Below the pieces are notes generated by a model, which did no database searches, had not been told where the DNA came from, and saw nothing but the letters and a program-made list of their open reading frames with translations. Below are positions 9,889 to 19,715 of a stretch of 64,000 nucleotides of DNA, one piece after another. This stretch comes from Oscillatoria sp. FACHB-1406 (GTDB lineage Bacteria > Cyanobacteriota > Cyanobacteriia > Cyanobacteriales > Spirulinaceae): assembly GCF_014698145.1 (NCBI RefSeq), contig NZ_JACJSM010000001.1, positions 280,633-344,632 on the forward strand. The letters run 5' to 3'. Both the position numbers and the translations under genes were made by a program. The first letter of the stretch is position 1. Every line of letters starts with the position of its first letter.

Positions 9889-11148
9889 TCAAGCTTTCGG
9901 TAATAACACCTTAAACGTCGAACCGCGATCGACTTGACTGGATACTGCGATCGAACCACCATACCGCAGCAGGATTTGCCGAACGCGAGTTAAACCCAGC
10001 CCTACACCCGCTTCGCTGTTATCGGAATTACCGCGCCCGCGATAGAAGCAGTCAAAAATTTTCCCGACTTCCTGGGGTGCAATCCCAATACCGGTATCTT
10101 CAAAAGCAAGTTGTACGAAGTCGCCCGATTCCGAAGCGCGAACGCTAACGCTCCCGTTCTGTGGCGTGAAGCGCAAGCTGTTGTTGAGGATGTCGAGGAT
10201 AATTTGCCGTAAGGAGTTGGGAGGAAAGCGAACGGGTGGCAGTTTGGCGGGAATGGTATAACCGAGTTTAATTCCTTTTTCCATTGCTAGGGGCTGGTAC
10301 GTGCTGACGATACTGGGGACAAAATCGCCTAGGGGTAATCGTTCTGCGGTTTCGGTTTCGTCCTCGAGTTCGACGAGAGCCTGCATTCCGCCGATGAGGG
10401 CGTTTTGGCGATCGCACTCTTGTTGGAGGAGGGCAACATAGCGCTGGCGTTGCACTAATTTGAGAGCGGGAGAGCTTAATAAACTGAGGGCGGTTTTCAT
10501 GCGCGTTAGCGTGTTGCTCAACTCTTGCAATCCCCGCGCCACGAAAAGCGAGCTAATGGTTTCGGGGGTTTGTTGCCGGGTGAGGGACTCTAAGCGAGAG
10601 AGTAAGATCTGGCTGAGGCGCACCGGATCGGGTACGGGATATAACAGTTGTTGGCTTGCCAAGATGCGCGCGTTCCCGATGGGATGGGCTTCGCGGAGCG
10701 CAGCTTCTACTGGCGCGATCGTCTTTGCATCTGCGCTCCAGATCAAAGAATACCGTTCCTCGTTCCTTTGTTGAGCGCGCGCGACAATTAGGAGGGATAG
10801 CTGCGGCGATCGCGCGAAGAAAAGCCATTCTTCCGGGATTTCGCTCGGCCATGATAGCGCGATCGCGGGGAGTAACAGTTCTCTGGCGCGATCGAGCGCT
10901 CCTTCCCCCAGCAGGTAAATCGACTCTGCCGTTCCTTTTTGCGTCCAATAATGCGCGATTTCCTGCCAACATTGGCTTGTTGGCGGCAATTTCAACCATA
11001 ACGTTACCGTAATTTCGGTTTCCAGCAACAGATCGAGACAAGACGCGATCGCGCTCTCCAGCACCGCACGCGATACTATCGGCGCTCGTACTGACTCGCC
11101 TAATGCCAGTTCGTACAACGAAAATACTGAACTCGATCGCCCGTTCAT
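9889..11148 (-). CDS. sensor histidine kinase
   Basis: C-terminal HATPase_c G-boxes: FEDTGIGIAPQEVGKIFDCFYRG and GVGLGLTRV. Confidence 0.8.
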   Translation of the reverse strand: MNGRSSSVFSLYELALGESVRAPIVSRAVLESAIASCLDLLLETEITVTLWLKLPPTSQCWQEIAHYWTQKGTAESIYLLGEGALDRARELLLPAIALSWPSEIPEEWLFFARSPQLSLLIVARAQQRNEERYSLIWSADAKTIAPVEAALREAHPIGNARILASQQLLYPVPDPVRLSQILLSRLESLTRQQTPETISSLFVARGLQELSNTLTRMKTALSLLSSPALKLVQRQRYVALLQQECDRQNALIGGMQALVELEDETETAERLPLGDFVPSIVSTYQPLAMEKGIKLGYTIPAKLPPVRFPPNSLRQIILDILNNSLRFTPQNGSVSVRASESGDFVQLAFEDTGIGIAPQEVGKIFDCFYRGRGNSDNSEAGVGLGLTRVRQILLRYGGSIAVSSQVDRGSTFKVLLPKA

Positions 11149-11334
11149 TTATTGCTCACCCGTACTTTTACCCATTGTTGGTTAATATTTATTATATTTC
11201 TGTTACCTTCTGAAATAATTTTTAGAACTAAAAACCAGTAAGCCGCCTTTCTTGCAATAATAATTTACGTTTTTTGACGCTTTTACTCTCAAAAACTGGT
11301 TAAACTAGAAAAAGTTAAATCGAGGAAGAAAAGC

Positions 11335-11844
11335 ATGAATTCTCTTGCTAGCAACCGCTCCGAACGAATCAACTGGCAAACCATCGTTTTATTTTCCTTG
11401 GGATTTTGGATGAGTGGTAGCTTACTCTTAGATTTTGTCATTGTTCCTGGTTTATTTGCGACCGGAATGATGTCGGATTCTGGGTTCGCAAGCGCGGGTT
11501 ATACAATCTTTGGTCTATTCAATCGTATCGAACTCCTGTGCGGCGCATTAGTTCTCACGGGTATCTTAACCCTGCGGAATCGCCAACTTCTCCCTTCCCA
11601 CTCGCAACGCTGGGCAGTTCCCCTATCTGTCCTCTTGCTAACCATTGCCATTATCTATACCTACATTTTTACCCCGCAACTGAGCAGCTTGGGACTGCAA
11701 CTCAACTTATTTGAAACCAGTAGCGGAATGTCTCCTGCAATGGCAGGAATGCACGGCGCTTACTGGGTAGCAGAATTGGTGAAGTTAGTCGTTGGGGCAA
11801 CTTTATTGCGCTGGTGTTACCGCAGTTCTTGTTCGTTAGTGTAG
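11335..11844 (+). CDS. small polytopic membrane protein (DUF4149/TMEM205-like)
   Basis: Four predicted TM helices. No other motif. Confidence 0.45.
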   Translation: MNSLASNRSERINWQTIVLFSLGFWMSGSLLLDFVIVPGLFATGMMSDSGFASAGYTIFGLFNRIELLCGALVLTGILTLRNRQLLPSHSQRWAVPLSVLLLTIAIIYTYIFTPQLSSLGLQLNLFETSSGMSPAMAGMHGAYWVAELVKLVVGATLLRWCYRSSCSLV

Positions 11845-11918
11845 CAATTTGAGTTTAAATTGCACTAACTTTTTAGGAATGTCTTAGCGGGAATATAAAC
11901 CCCTTAAAAGCTTTCATC

Positions 11919-11952
11919 AAAACCCCTCTTTCAGATCTGGAAGAGGGGTTTT
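11919..11952. terminator. bidirectional intrinsic terminator between convergent genes
   Basis: AAAA-CCCCTCTT-(10 nt loop)-AAGAGGGG-TTTT. The hairpin has a U-run in both orientations. Confidence 0.55.
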
Positions 11953-11970
11953 AGGTTCCCTTCCAAATCT

Positions 11971-13431
11971 TTACTCCCGATGCCACAAGGTCACGCCGCC
12001 CGGTTTATCAATTAATAATACGCCCTGCGCCTTTAATTCGTCGCGGATGCGATCGGCTTCTGCGAAATTCTTAGCCCCCTTAGCAGCAGTACGACGCGCG
12101 ATCGCGTCCTCAATTTCTGCCTCGCCCAACCCAGATTTTACCTCGGTTTCTGCTTCTAATTCCGCTGCCAATCCCAACACCGACGACAACTCAACTAACG
12201 TTCGCCACTGCCCTTCCAAAACTTCGGCGGGCGTTTCCGTTTTACCTTCATGGACGAGTAAATTCCCTTCTTTTCGCAACTCCTTCGCAACTTCAAATAA
12301 GACCGCGAGGCCGCCCGCAAAATTTAAATCGTCATCCGTCGCTTCGGCAAAACGTTCCTGTAAAGCTTCGTTCGTTTTATCGCCGTTCCAGCCCAACTTT
12401 TCCCCATACCGCTGTCCGAATAACAATCCCTCTCGCAGCGTGTGCCAGCCATTTGTTGCCGCTTCCAACGCTTCGGGCGTGAAATCTAAAGGATTGCGAT
12501 AGTGAGTTTGTAAGATAAATAAACGCACTGCCATCGGATCGACAATTTCGGAAATTACCGAACCTTTACCATCGAGTAAATCGCGAATCGTGGTGAAATT
12601 TCCCAACGATTTAGACATTTTTTCGCCACCAACGCGCACCATACCGCTGTGCATCCAATACCGGGCTAAAGGTTTGCCCGTCGCCGCTTCCGATTGGGCG
12701 ATTTCGTTTTCGTGGTGGGGGAAAATTAAATCGCTACCGCCGACGTGAATATCGATCGTTTCGCCGAGGCGATCGCGTACCATAGCAGAACATTCGATAT
12801 GCCATCCCGGACGGCCCGCCCCCCAAGGCGACTCCCAAGACGGTTCGCCCGGTTTTGAACCCTTCCAGAGGGCGAAATCAAAGGGATCCTGCTTCTTTGC
12901 TTCCTCGGGATCTTGCACTTCCACTCTCCCGCTTGCCCCGGCTTGCATTTCCTCGAACTTGCGCCCGGATAGCTTGCCGTAGTCGGCAAATTTCCGCACC
13001 GAGTAGTAAACGTCGCCACCGGAAGGATAGGCGTAACCCTTCGCTTCTAACTCCGTTACCAAGCGTTTAATTCCGTTGAGGGTATGCGTAGCGCGCGGGT
13101 AAGCATCCGCCTTACCAATCTGCAAGCGTTCTAAATCTTCAAAATAGGCGGCGATGAAACGTTCGGCTACTGCTTCCATCGACGTTTCTTCGGTGCGCGC
13201 GCGCTTGAGAATTTTATCGTCGATATCGGTAAAATTTTGAATGTATGTCACCTCAAACCCGCGCCATTGAAGGTAGCGGCGCGCTACATCCCACACCAAG
13301 CACGTCCGCGCATGACCGAGATGGCAGTAATCGTAGGCGGTAATCCCGCAGCAGTACATTCGCACCTTATTCGATTCGAGCGGTTGAAAGGCTTCTTTGC
13401 GACGAGTGAGGGTGTTGTAGAGGGCGATCAT
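11971..13431 (-). CDS. cysS: cysteine--tRNA ligase
   Basis: HIGH-type motif [17 protein letters not shown] and KMSKSLGN. Confidence 0.95.
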   Translation of the reverse strand: MIALYNTLTRRKEAFQPLESNKVRMYCCGITAYDYCHLGHARTCLVWDVARRYLQWRGFEVTYIQNFTDIDDKILKRARTEETSMEAVAERFIAAYFEDLERLQIGKADAYPRATHTLNGIKRLVTELEAKGYAYPSGGDVYYSVRKFADYGKLSGRKFEEMQAGASGRVEVQDPEEAKKQDPFDFALWKGSKPGEPSWESPWGAGRPGWHIECSAMVRDRLGETIDIHVGGSDLIFPHHENEIAQSEAATGKPLARYWMHSGMVRVGGEKMSKSLGNFTTIRDLLDGKGSVISEIVDPMAVRLFILQTHYRNPLDFTPEALEAATNGWHTLREGLLFGQRYGEKLGWNGDKTNEALQERFAEATDDDLNFAGGLAVLFEVAKELRKEGNLLVHEGKTETPAEVLEGQWRTLVELSSVLGLAAELEAETEVKSGLGEAEIEDAIARRTAAKGAKNFAEADRIRDELKAQGVLLIDKPGGVTLWHRE

Positions 13432-13591
13432 TTCAATTATTAGTTATTAGTTATAGGGCGCTGTTATCGCGATCGCGTCTGTCAAGATAAGATAATGTCA
13501 CCAAAAATTTGGGTTTAGAGCTACATCCTTCTAGGACGGCTTTTTCAATATCTGTGATAGAATAGCATACGTCAGACCAAGCGACGTAACC

Positions 13592-14575
13592 ATGTTGGTA
13601 CTTGAGGCAAAACTTGAGGGATTGAAAGAGCAGTATGGCAAGCTTGATGAAGCTATTCGCACTGCTCGTTTTGTCCGCAATTCTTGCCTGAGATACTGGA
13701 TGGATAACCGCGATATCGGACGATACGATTTGAGTGCATATTGTGCTGTTTTAGCGAAAGAATTTGCTTGGGCAGGTCAACTCAACTCTCAAGCTAGACA
13801 AGCTTCGGCTGAAAAAGCATGGTCGGCAATTGCCAGATTCTTTAATAACTGCAAAAAGAACAAACCAGGGAAAAAGGGCTATCCAAAATTCAAAAAAGAA
13901 CAGACTCATGGTTCTGTTGAGTACAAAGCCACGGGCTGGAAACTTTCTGAAGACAGAAGATACATCACTTTTACTGATGGGTTTGGTGCAGGTATTTTCA
14001 AGATGTGGGGTAGTCGCGATTTGCATTTCTATCAGTTGAAGCAAATCAAACGAGTCAGAGTGGTTCATCGTGCAGATGGCTACTATGTTCAGTTTTGCAT
14101 CAACCAAGAAAGGCTTGAGAAAAAAGAACCAACCTTTAAAACTATTGGTCTTGATGTTGGACTGACTAATTTTTACGCCGATAGTAATGGGCAAACAGTT
14201 GAAAACCCAAAGCATCTGAGAAAGAGCGAGAAGTTGCTTAAACGTCTTTCTCGTCGTCTGTCTAAGACCCAAAAAGGGTCGAAAAATCGAGCTAAGTTTA
14301 GAAATAGACTGGCAAGAAAGTGCCTCAAAGTAAGCACCATCCAACGTAAAGATTTTGCTGTGAAGTTGGCAAGATGCGTAGTCCAGTCTAACGACTTGGT
14401 GGCTTATGAAGATCTGAGGGTGAGGAATATGATTAAAAATCGGCATTTGGCTAAATCTATTAGCGATGCCGCCGGGACAACTTTCCGTACTTGGACTGCA
14501 AGCGAAATCTACGCGATCGCTACTCCCAATCAACGATCGACAAGATCGACGGTACTTGCCCAAAGCGCTTAAATA
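13592..14575 (+). mobile_element. tnpB: IS200/IS605-family TnpB (OrfB, RNA-guided-nuclease family) that is 3'-degraded, with no TnpA partner
   Basis: RuvC-I region IGLDVGLTNF and RuvC-II region VAYEDLRVRNMIKNRHLAKSISDA. The ORF ends at 326 aa without the CxxC zinc finger or RuvC-III. A +2 frame continues RDRYSQSTIDK... (dPryTSQ-like) and then stops, indicating a frameshift plus truncation. Confidence 0.7.
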
Positions 14576-14686
14576 AGGACTTAGGTCATTAGCGCGAAGG
14601 TTACTTTCATCGAATGTTGGAGATTCTTCCCCTAATTTCAGCAACTTTCAGCATTCACTCTATTCTTTATTCACTATTCACTCACT

Positions 14687-15799
14687 ATGTCATCTGTTGA
14701 ATCTCGCGCTGCCGCTACAGAAATGGATTCTTCCAAGCACGGTTTACCCGTAACCATTATTACGGGATTTTTGGGAAGCGGTAAAACCACATTGCTCAAT
14801 CATATTTTATCCAATCAAGAGGGTTTAAAAACGGCAGTTCTCGTCAATGAGTTCGGAGAAATTGGCATCGATAACGAACTGATTGTCACCACCGATGAAA
14901 ATATGGTGGAGTTGAGCAATGGCTGTATTTGTTGCACGATTAACGAAGATTTAGTTGATGCCGTTTATCGCGTTCTCGAACGGGAAGATAAGATCGATTA
15001 TTTAGTGGTAGAAACGACGGGGCTGGCGGATCCGTTGCCGGTGGCGCTGACATTTTTAGGCACGGAGTTGCGCGATATGACGCGCTTGGACTCGATCGTT
15101 ACAGTCGTCGATTCAGAAAATTTTAGCTTAGATTTATTTAATAGCGAAGCTGCCTACAGTCAAATCGCCTACGGCGATGCGATTATTTTAAATAAGATCG
15201 ACTTGGTGGATGAAGGCGATGTCGATTCTTTAGAAATTAGAATTCGCAGCATTAAATCCGATGCCAGAATTCTGCGATCGAAAAATGCGGAAGTGCCGCT
15301 GCCGTTAATTTTAAGTGTGGGTTTGTTTGATTCCGATCGCTATTTTAATGAAGAAGCAGAGGATGCGCACGGACATCATCACGACCATCATCACGACCAC
15401 GACCACGACCACGATTGCCACGATCCTCATTGCGAGAATCCGGAACATCATCATCACGACCATGACCATGACCACCACCACCACCATCATCACTCCAATC
15501 ATTTAGAGAATGATGGGTTTACCTCCATATCTTTCAGAAGCGATAAGCCTTTAGATATTCGGAAGTTTCAAAGTTTTCTTGACAATCAATTGCCGAGTAA
15601 TGTGTTCCGGGCAAAAGGAATTCTTTGGTTCCAAGAAAGCCCGAACCGTCATATTTTCCATTTAAGTGGCAAGCGTTTTTCGATTGATGATGATGATTGG
15701 GGAAATAAGCCTCGGAACAATCAACTCGTTCTCATCGGGCAGGACTTAGACCATCAGAAGTTACGCGAGCAATTAGAAGCTTGCGTTATACCAATTTAA
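14687..15799 (+). CDS. COG0523-family GTPase (CobW/ZigA-like putative zinc metallochaperone) with an extreme His/Asp-rich insert
   Basis: P-loop GFLGSGKTTLLNHIL, the CxCC motif SNGCICC, and HGHHHDHHHDHDHDHDCHDPHCENPEHHHHDHDHDHHHHHHH. Confidence 0.85.
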   Translation: MSSVESRAAATEMDSSKHGLPVTIITGFLGSGKTTLLNHILSNQEGLKTAVLVNEFGEIGIDNELIVTTDENMVELSNGCICCTINEDLVDAVYRVLEREDKIDYLVVETTGLADPLPVALTFLGTELRDMTRLDSIVTVVDSENFSLDLFNSEAAYSQIAYGDAIILNKIDLVDEGDVDSLEIRIRSIKSDARILRSKNAEVPLPLILSVGLFDSDRYFNEEAEDAHGHHHDHHHDHDHDHDCHDPHCENPEHHHHDHDHDHHHHHHHSNHLENDGFTSISFRSDKPLDIRKFQSFLDNQLPSNVFRAKGILWFQESPNRHIFHLSGKRFSIDDDDWGNKPRNNQLVLIGQDLDHQKLREQLEACVIPI

Positions 15800-15908
15800 G
15801 ATAACTTTGCCTAGAATTAACTCTCCTAAATTTTTAGGATAACGGTGCGTTACGCTTCGCTAATACACTCTGCTTTTTATTCTATGCAGCTTCACATCAA
15901 TCTGGTAT
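15788..15908. repeat. MITE family B copy 2. Its first 12 nt (ATACCAATTTAA) provide the last three codons and the stop codon of the COG0523 gene.
   Basis: Same termini and internal hairpin as 7943-8063. Confidence 0.6.
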
Positions 15909-16074
15909 TAGATCGAATTCAAGCTAGTTTGGGAAGCTTAATAGACTGCAAGAAAGCAACTTGCTTGCTAATTCTTGCTTATTTAAGAGTTAGCATTCTA
16001 CGAAGGTTTAAGGCATAGTTGAATTGCATTAACTTAAGGCTGGTGGGCGCTGCCCACTCTACGAAGAATGATTA

Positions 16075-16302
16075 GGGCATAGCAGTGCTCATGGGTGTCA
16101 ACTTAGGGTGAAACCCCCCTCAGAAAGTTGAATCGCCCTCACCCCCAGCCCCTCTCCCAACCCTGGGAGAGGGGAGCACAAGAGAGAATTCTTCTCCCCC
16201 CTCGCCCAAAATTGGGAGAGGGGGGTCGGGGGGGTGAGGGCTGGGATGACGCTATAACAATCACTCGTGCTTAAGTTGACACCCATGAGCAGTGCTATGC
16301 CC
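16075..16302. repeat. MITE family C (about 228 bp) with 28-bp TIRs GGGCATAGCAGTGCTCATGGGTGTCAAC / GTTGACACCCATGAGCAGTGCTATGCCC. The interior is rich in GGGAGAGGGG/CCCCTCTCCC palindromes.
   Basis: Perfect TIRs visible. An inverted degenerate copy lies at 50752-50965. Confidence 0.65.
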
Positions 16303-16323
16303 AGGCGATTCTAATTGACTTTT

Positions 16324-17361
16324 TTACGGGGTTGGATTGGGATATTTTGCATGAATGGCATTAATTGCGGTTAACATTTCCTCCGTTAAATTGACCTCAA
16401 GACTGCCTAAATTTTCTTCTAGCTGGGGGATGTTCGTCGCACCAATAATGGTACTGGTGACAAACCAGCGCGATCGCACGAAAGCTAAAGCCATTTGTGC
16501 CGGACTTAAGTTAAACTGGCGCGCCACCTCGACATACGCCCGCACTGCTTCGCTCGCATTTTTCTTATCGTAGCGCTGTCCGAATCCTTGGAACAGAGCG
16601 AGGCGGGAATTTTCGGGAATTTCTTCGAGATATTTCCCCGTTAGCAAGCCGAAACCGAGGGGACTATAAGCGAGTAAGCCGACATTTTGGAAGCGACAGG
16701 TTTCGGAAAGGTGAATCTCAAAGATGCGATTGGTGAGATTGTAGGCATTTTGAATCGAGACGATTTTCGGTAAGCCCAACTGTTCGGCGAGGCGGCAAAA
16801 TTCGCAGACTCCCCAGGGTGTTTCGTTGCTTAACCCCAAGTAGCGGATTTTTCCGGCGGCAATCAGGGGCGCAAAGGCTTCAAGTTGTTCGGCGATGGGT
16901 ACGGTATCGCGCTCGTTTTTGGGGTCGTAGGGTGGCGCGCCGAAGAGGGGAACGTAGCGATCGGGCCAATGAATTTGGTAGAGGTCGATATAGTCGGTTT
17001 GAAGGCGTTTGAGGCTGGTTTCGACGGCTTGTTCGATGTTGGCGCGATCGAGGCGATTTTTTTCGCCCCGAATCCATTTTATATGGGGGGCGGGGCCGGC
17101 AATTTTGGTGGCGAGAATAATACGATCGCGCGGTTGCCGGACTAACCACTCGCCGATATATTCCTCCGTTTTTCCCTGCGTTTCCGCCCGTCCGGGAACG
17201 GGGTACATTTCGGCCGTATCGATAAAGTTTACCCCGCCCGCGATCGCGCGATCGAGTTGTTCGGCGGCATCCTCGACGGTGTTCTGCTGTCCGAAGGTCA
17301 TCGTTCCCAAACAGATTTCTGACACCTGGAGGTCGCTGTCACCTAGTTTGTTGTATTTCAT
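16324..17361 (-). CDS. aldo/keto reductase (Tas/YajO-like NADP-dependent oxidoreductase)
   Basis: MKYNKLGDSDLQVSEICLGTMTFG..., AKR fold length. Confidence 0.85.
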   Translation of the reverse strand: MKYNKLGDSDLQVSEICLGTMTFGQQNTVEDAAEQLDRAIAGGVNFIDTAEMYPVPGRAETQGKTEEYIGEWLVRQPRDRIILATKIAGPAPHIKWIRGEKNRLDRANIEQAVETSLKRLQTDYIDLYQIHWPDRYVPLFGAPPYDPKNERDTVPIAEQLEAFAPLIAAGKIRYLGLSNETPWGVCEFCRLAEQLGLPKIVSIQNAYNLTNRIFEIHLSETCRFQNVGLLAYSPLGFGLLTGKYLEEIPENSRLALFQGFGQRYDKKNASEAVRAYVEVARQFNLSPAQMALAFVRSRWFVTSTIIGATNIPQLEENLGSLEVNLTEEMLTAINAIHAKYPNPTP

Positions 17362-17461
17362 TTGTTTTCGGCTCTCGCGAACTTTGCTTGTTAAAATCTT
17401 AAAGGTTGATTGCTCGGTCTAATCCTTCCGAAAAGATTGCGATCTCAAAAATCCGAAGATT

Positions 17462-18082
17462 ATGACGAAAATTTTGCACCTCGATTCAAGTCCTCGCGGT
17501 CAGCATTCTGTCTCTGGTCGCCTTGCAGGGGAGTTTATTGGCGCTTGGCAAGCAGCCCATCCCGACGATGAAGTGGTTTACCGCAATCTTGGGCGCAATC
17601 CGATTTCCCACATTGACGAATCCTGGATTATGGCAGCTTTTACGCCGCCCGCCCAACACACGCCCGACCTGACCGCAGCGATTCAACTGTCGAATGTGTT
17701 GATTGAGGAATTGTTGGAGTGCGATCGCTACGTCTTTAGCATTCCCATGTACAACTTAAGTGTTCCCTCCGTTTTCAAAGCTTATATCGACCAAATCGTG
17801 CGCGTGAACTGCACCTTTAAAGTTACCGAGAACGGTTACGAAGGCTTGGTCAACGGCAAGAAAATGTTAGTTATTACGGCGCGGGGCGGAATCTATGCCG
17901 ATAACTCACCGATGGCCGATTTTGATTTCCAAGCCCCCTACCTCCGGGCAATCTTTAACTTAATCGGCGTGACCGATATTAGCTTTATTCATGCCGATGG
18001 CTTATCGATGGGAGAGGAAGCGCGCGATCGCAGGTTGAATCGAGTGCAGGATGAGATCTCAGCGCTGCTGGAAAGCTGGTAA
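17462..18082 (+). CDS. azoR: FMN-dependent NADH-azoreductase
   Basis: MTKILHLDSSPRG...SVSGRLAGEF, flavodoxin-like fold, about 200 aa. Confidence 0.8.
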   Translation: MTKILHLDSSPRGQHSVSGRLAGEFIGAWQAAHPDDEVVYRNLGRNPISHIDESWIMAAFTPPAQHTPDLTAAIQLSNVLIEELLECDRYVFSIPMYNLSVPSVFKAYIDQIVRVNCTFKVTENGYEGLVNGKKMLVITARGGIYADNSPMADFDFQAPYLRAIFNLIGVTDISFIHADGLSMGEEARDRRLNRVQDEISALLESW

Positions 18083-18259
18083 GCCTTTCGGAAAACTCGC
18101 TTCGGGGTTTCCTCCCCAAGACTGTAGCAAGCGGCGCGACGGCGAGGCATAATCGAAAAGAGTATCTCGTTGGGTTCAGCACTACAATTCAATTAGTATA
18201 GGATCGTTGTAGCCGCACAATAGTTCTAACCTTCGAGGAGTTCGATTGGTAGAAGCTCT

Positions 18260-19681
18260 ATGGAACAGCAACTCTCGATGAATCGCGAACAAGCTTACCA
18301 GGGTTGCTTGGAGAAAGTCAGTTGGGCTGCTTGTCAGCTTGAAGTCGAAATCACACTGGAAGCGCTCGCCGAAATCGCCGACCTTATCGTTCGACCGATG
18401 ATGGGGCCTTGGCGCTATTTTCACACGCCCGAACATATCTTTGAAGTCGGCGGTACTGAGGATGCAATCGAAGTCCTCGCAGCACTTTTTCACGATGTTG
18501 TTTACGTTCAAGTCGATCGCAGCATCAACTTTAACCTCAGTTACTACATTGCCCCCTTTAGCAAGGAAACTGAGGGACAACTAGAGATTCGCAAAGCACA
18601 CGAACTGCCGCCAGATCCCTGCTTTGAAATGACAGCAAACGTCTTTGGATTTGTCCCCGGACAAGCGCTCAATCCCTTTGCCGGACAAAATGAATTCCTC
18701 AGCGCGCTGGTGGCGGCAAAAGCACTCCAGCCACTCTTGCGCCCGCAGCATTTACTACAAATTATTGCTTGCATCGAAGCGACGATTCCCTTCAGAAGCC
18801 CGAGAGAAGATGGGAAAACGGTAAGCGAACTACTCTTCGCACGCTTAAAAACAGCAAACTGCGAACTCGAAGAACCGTTAAGCGAGGAGGAATTGGTCGA
18901 GACGGTCAAAAAAGCCGTGCGCGTCGCCAATCGCGATGTGATCAGTTTTGCTTACCCCCAAGCGGGAGACTTTCTCGACAATACTTGGAACTTGCTGCCG
19001 GAAACTAACCATCATTTGATGGCTCCAGGTTCTTATACGGTGCGCCAGTACCGCATTGCATTACAAAAGATGGAAGGGTTTCTCTGTTTTCTCAATCCCG
19101 ATGTCGTGTTTCGACAATTTCAGGGAGAACCTGACGAAGCCACGTATCAGTCTTGGCGGGCAACGGCTCGGGAAAATATTGAGGTGGCGCGAATTTATTT
19201 AAGTTGTAAATTGCTCTCGATCGCGCTGTTAGAATGTCTCTCCTTACGTTTGGGAGAAGATATTTCTCTGGCAACGTTAGTCGGAGAATTGCCCGGACCG
19301 GGTTCGGAAATGTACCATTTCGAGAGTTTTCTGCCCGCAGTTCCCAATCCCTATCAACCGAAAACGACTCGCGAGCGAGAAGCGCTGAAGGTTTTAGAAA
19401 AAGGTCGCGCTAGTACCTCTGCTTACGACTTGAAGCATTCGCCCTTGGCAACCTTTATTGTCAAGTCGGTTGGTTTTAAAGAAGCGCAACGATTGTGCGA
19501 TCGCGCGAAGGATTTCTTTAAGAATCAATGTTCTTCCGAGGAGTTCATCGCCGAGTTCGATCCCCAACTCTTCCAAGTTGCGATCGATGGAACGATCTCC
19601 TTATTCGAGAGTCGTAAAGCTGCCCTCTGCGGTCAACAACCTTCCCATCCTAACTGGCTGACTTCCGATCTTTTGAGTTGA
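18260..19681 (+). CDS. hypothetical protein, possible HD-domain phosphohydrolase superfamily
   Basis: H...HD spacing: WRYFHTPEH ... LAALFHDVVYVQVD. No other recognisable domain. Confidence 0.4.
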   Translation: MEQQLSMNREQAYQGCLEKVSWAACQLEVEITLEALAEIADLIVRPMMGPWRYFHTPEHIFEVGGTEDAIEVLAALFHDVVYVQVDRSINFNLSYYIAPFSKETEGQLEIRKAHELPPDPCFEMTANVFGFVPGQALNPFAGQNEFLSALVAAKALQPLLRPQHLLQIIACIEATIPFRSPREDGKTVSELLFARLKTANCELEEPLSEEELVETVKKAVRVANRDVISFAYPQAGDFLDNTWNLLPETNHHLMAPGSYTVRQYRIALQKMEGFLCFLNPDVVFRQFQGEPDEATYQSWRATARENIEVARIYLSCKLLSIALLECLSLRLGEDISLATLVGELPGPGSEMYHFESFLPAVPNPYQPKTTREREALKVLEKGRASTSAYDLKHSPLATFIVKSVGFKEAQRLCDRAKDFFKNQCSSEEFIAEFDPQLFQVAIDGTISLFESRKAALCGQQPSHPNWLTSDLLS

Positions 19682-19715
19682 ATTTAGCTTGCTGTTGGGA
19701 TGTATTGCCGAGATT

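Noticed and set aside
13751-14644. 297-aa ORF antisense to TnpB
   Set aside because: It mirrors the TnpB coding region, has no recognisable motif, and its composition (Phe/Leu/Ser-rich) is what antisense translation of the Lys/Arg-rich TnpB gives.
15311-15506. Two 63-aa ORFs (MIGVMMVVVVVM... and ...TTTTTTTIATIL...)
   Set aside because: They are alternative-frame translations of the His/Asp-codon repeat (CAC/GAC)n inside the COG0523 gene.
18182-18580. 132-aa minus-strand ORF overlapping the start of the 473-aa HD-like gene
   Set aside because: It overlaps the better-supported long ORF on the other strand and has no homology signal.
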